From contig CAZIAP010000003.1 in assembly GCA_964537315.1 (NCBI GenBank), positions 463 to 64,462 of the forward strand: a stretch of DNA of 64,000 nt. The letters are read 5' to 3'. Both the position numbers and the translations under genes were made by a program. Positions 60,375 through 64,000 of the stretch are shown piece after piece; the stretch's first letter is position 1, and each line of letters starts with the position of its first letter. The notes beneath the pieces are model-generated. The model was not told the origin of the DNA and did no database searches. It saw nothing but the letters and a program-made list of their open reading frames with translations. The stretch comes from an uncultured Gammaproteobacteria bacterium. Lineage in GTDB: Bacteria; Patescibacteriota; Microgenomatia; Levybacterales; GWA1-39-11.

Positions 60375-60866
60375 ATGAATCTGCCCATATTAACTCACAT
60401 TTATACGCAAGAAGACAAAGTGTATATTTTGGATAAGCTGGATAAGCTAGGTCAGGCGACATATTCTGTGAAAACATCATTTGAGTCTGAGGTTTATAAT
60501 GCTTTTTCATTTTTTTTGGCTGAATCTCTCTTAGAGTCAGCTAAATCACAAAATGTTTCCCTAACTGATCCTCAAGCGGTTCAAGGATTTTTACAGGAAG
60601 TTCAGGCAGCTATTAACGCTTTACCTAAAGCGACAGTTCGGTTGGCATTTACCCCTAGTAATGACTTGTTAAGAGATATTGCGAAACGTTTTGATATATT
60701 AATTGGCGGCAAAATAATAGTTGACTATGTTGTTGATCCAGACCTAATAGGAGGGGTGATAGTTGAAGTAAATGGAAAACATCTTGACTATTCATTGAAG
60801 AAGCTTATTCGTGAAAAGCTAAGTTTCGAGATAGGGAAGGAAAAGGAAGCAGGGGTATCAATATAA
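60375..60866 (+). CDS. atpH: F1 ATPase subunit delta (divergent N-terminus)
   Basis: VDPDLIGGVIVEVNGKHLDYSLK OSCP/delta C-terminal motif. Confidence 0.85.
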   Translation: MNLPILTHIYTQEDKVYILDKLDKLGQATYSVKTSFESEVYNAFSFFLAESLLESAKSQNVSLTDPQAVQGFLQEVQAAINALPKATVRLAFTPSNDLLRDIAKRFDILIGGKIIVDYVVDPDLIGGVIVEVNGKHLDYSLKKLIREKLSFEIGKEKEAGVSI

Positions 60867-60896
60867 TATCTTGTCCTTACCTATTACAAAATTTAT

Positions 60897-62471
60897 ATGT
60901 ACAATTTTGAACAGTTATTATCAGAAACAGGTGAGTACGGGGTAGCTACAGAGGTTAGGCCTCCACTTGTAGTACTTTCTGGTCTCTCAAATAGTAGTGT
61001 AGGTGAAATTATTGTATTTGAGAGTGGAGAGGTAGGAGAAGTTTTTATTCTGGAACGTGATCAAGTACAGGTTCAGGTCTTTTCATCTACTACTGTAAAA
61101 GTAGGTACTCGTGCGACTCGCACCGACAAGACTGTGAACGTGCCTGTGGGAGAGGAATTATTGGGAAAGATAATTACGCCTTTAGGCCAGCAAAAATCGG
61201 GAGAACAAAGCTATATAGCTCCACAAACTGAGCATGCAATAGACACCCCCGCTCGTGGGATCTCTGAAAGATCAAAAATTGATAAACCTTTTTTTACCGG
61301 TACAGCAGTAATTGATATGATGATACCTCTTGGATGTGGGCAAAAAGAGCTTATTATTGGGGATAGAAAGACAGGAAAAACATCATTCTTACTCTCTACC
61401 ATAAAAAACCAAGTACAGCAGTACGGAACTATCGCCATATACGCTGCTATTTCTAAGCAAAAGAGTGATATTAAAAAGATTCAAGATTTTTTTGTCAAAG
61501 AAAACTTGGTAGATAACACTGTAATTGTTGCGACAGAAGCAGACGACTCTCCCAGCCTTATCTATCTCACTCCTTATAGTGCCATGACCATAGGGGAGTA
61601 CTTTCTGAATCAAGGTCACAATGTACTTGTTGTGCTTGACGACCTTTCTACCCACGCAAAGTTTTATCGGGAGGTCTCATTATTGGCAAATAGATTTCCC
61701 GGTCGTGATTCATATCCAGGAGATATTTTTTATACTCACGCAAGGCTTCTTGAGAGGGCAGGGAATTTTAAGTACAAGGAAGGCAATAGGTCACTTACCG
61801 TACTGCCGGTTGCAGAGATTGTAGAGGGAGATTTTACTGGGTATATTGCAACTAATCTTATGGGTATGACTGACGGACATATCTATTTTGACAGCAACGT
61901 ATATTACAAAGGTATCAGACCAGCAGTTAATATATCATTGTCTGTTACTCGTGTGGGTCGTCAAGCACAGAACGAGCTTACCCGCAGTATTAATCGTGAG
62001 CTTACAGCATTTCTGGCTTTATATGATAAGATGCAAAATCTTTCCCACTTTGGCGCAGAGCTTAGCGATACAGTGAAGCAAGTGCTTTCAACAGGAGAGA
62101 TTGTATATTCCTTCTTTGAGCAACCATATAAGGTTGTAATCTCTTTGGAGGTTCAGATAATTCTTTTCTCAATGCTCTGGCTTAAATTTTTTGAGAAGTC
62201 AGGAAAAGAGGATATTGCTGCATATCGTGAAGCGTTAAGTAAGTCTTATCAAAATCCGTCAAATAAACAGCTTATAGATAATTTCCTTCAGACCTCAAAG
62301 ACATTTAATGAACTTCTTGGAAAAATATCTCAGTATAAGGATCAATTACTCGCTATGTGTAATGTTGTACCGTCACAAAATACCGGAAAAGTGATTGGTA
62401 AGGTTGATGAGATGATTCAAAGCTCAGTGCAGGAGACTGACGGAGAAGAAGAGAAGGTTAAAGCAAGTTAA
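60897..62471 (+). CDS. atpA: F1 ATPase subunit alpha (divergent)
   Basis: GQKELIIGDRKTGKT, PGRDSYPGDIFYTHARLLERAG, TDGHIY, SVTRVG. Confidence 0.95.
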   Translation: MYNFEQLLSETGEYGVATEVRPPLVVLSGLSNSSVGEIIVFESGEVGEVFILERDQVQVQVFSSTTVKVGTRATRTDKTVNVPVGEELLGKIITPLGQQKSGEQSYIAPQTEHAIDTPARGISERSKIDKPFFTGTAVIDMMIPLGCGQKELIIGDRKTGKTSFLLSTIKNQVQQYGTIAIYAAISKQKSDIKKIQDFFVKENLVDNTVIVATEADDSPSLIYLTPYSAMTIGEYFLNQGHNVLVVLDDLSTHAKFYREVSLLANRFPGRDSYPGDIFYTHARLLERAGNFKYKEGNRSLTVLPVAEIVEGDFTGYIATNLMGMTDGHIYFDSNVYYKGIRPAVNISLSVTRVGRQAQNELTRSINRELTAFLALYDKMQNLSHFGAELSDTVKQVLSTGEIVYSFFEQPYKVVISLEVQIILFSMLWLKFFEKSGKEDIAAYREALSKSYQNPSNKQLIDNFLQTSKTFNELLGKISQYKDQLLAMCNVVPSQNTGKVIGKVDEMIQSSVQETDGEEEKVKAS

Positions 62472-62474
62472 ACT

Positions 62475-63359
62475 ATGCAAAACAAACATAAAACAGCTTC
62501 AGATTTAGAGTTGGTGGGGACACTTAAAATGCTTGCCCAAGCCTATGAGGAAGTATCAGTACTAAAAATGCAAAAAGTACGTACTTCAGTACTTACCACT
62601 CGTGAATTTTTAGATGGACTGTCAACTGTGTTTGTAGATGTGAAACGTAACTATGGGAATAAAATTCAAAAGCTAATTGAGAAGAAGAAATATTCACCGC
62701 AGACTACTTTTTCTACTCGTTCACATAACGGCAAGGTTCTATCGGTGTTTCTCTCTGCGAACAGCAAGTTTTATGGTGATATCGTGAAAAGAATTTTTGA
62801 TGTTTTTATTTCTGATATTCAGAAGAAGAACTCAGATATCTTGATTATCGGCAAAATGGGTAAAGAGTTAATGGAAAACTCAAAATATAAAAAGAATTAT
62901 TTCTATCTTGATCTGCCGGATTCTGAGGTTGAGATGGATAATCTTCAACCTATCGTTGATACTTTGTCCCAGTATGAGAAAGTTGATGTTTATTATGGTA
63001 GGTTTTCAAACATGGTTAACCAGGTTCCAACGATGTCAAACGTATCTGGACAGGAGATATTGGATACTCAGGATACATCTAAAGACAAAATCGTGCAGTA
63101 TGCATTTGAACCAAGTATGGAGATGATACTAGACTTTTTTGAAAACCAGGTTTTTATTTCATTATTCAAGCAAACAGTAAACGAAACAGAGCTGGCGCGA
63201 CTTGCTTCGCGTATCAGGGCAATGGAAGAGGCGTTGGGAAATATTGAGAAGCTAGAGCCGCGGATAAAACGAGAAAGTAAGATTTATCAGCGTGCAATAC
63301 AGAACAAAAAACAACTTGAGATTATGACAAGTGTATACTTTTTAAGTCAGAATAGGTAG
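62475..63359 (+). CDS. atpG: F1 ATPase subunit gamma (divergent)
   Basis: Position between alpha and beta; YAFEPS and ASRIRAMEEA motifs. Confidence 0.88.
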   Translation: MQNKHKTASDLELVGTLKMLAQAYEEVSVLKMQKVRTSVLTTREFLDGLSTVFVDVKRNYGNKIQKLIEKKKYSPQTTFSTRSHNGKVLSVFLSANSKFYGDIVKRIFDVFISDIQKKNSDILIIGKMGKELMENSKYKKNYFYLDLPDSEVEMDNLQPIVDTLSQYEKVDVYYGRFSNMVNQVPTMSNVSGQEILDTQDTSKDKIVQYAFEPSMEMILDFFENQVFISLFKQTVNETELARLASRIRAMEEALGNIEKLEPRIKRESKIYQRAIQNKKQLEIMTSVYFLSQNR

Positions 63360-63395
63360 GTTAGAGGGAGAGAATACTTGAACCTTTATTATTAA

Positions 63396-64000
<605 letters not shown>

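Overview
Bacterial window whose gene content and style suggest a Patescibacteria (CPR, probably Microgenomates) genome; this taxonomy is inferred, not looked up. In order it holds: the 3' end of a 23S rRNA gene interrupted by an ORF-less group I intron at the E. coli 2500 site, then 5S rRNA; housekeeping genes (pth, gpmA, M50 protease, rpsA, radA, PIN-TRAM); a glycosylation cluster; a minus-strand array of domain-shuffled surface-protein genes (12.6-19.4 kb); rho; a LysM-M23 peptidase; a GxxExxY gene; a TPR membrane protein; a RAYT-type transposase; two giant fibre-like proteins (2783 and 6954 aa, the larger with N-terminal MerR HTHs); and a divergent, atypical F-type ATPase operon. Two candidate novel systems stand out. 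(1) The surface-protein array is built like an rRNA operon: each gene unit is preceded by a boxA-like motif plus a 14-15 nt arm that is complementary to an arm just past the 3' end of the same unit, and units are separated by conserved structured spacers. (2) The ATPase operon starts with a c-subunit-like membrane hairpin that lacks the ion-binding carboxylate and is fused to the same extracytoplasmic domain found near the C-termini of the neighbouring giant fibres, with no subunit a gene at the usual position.
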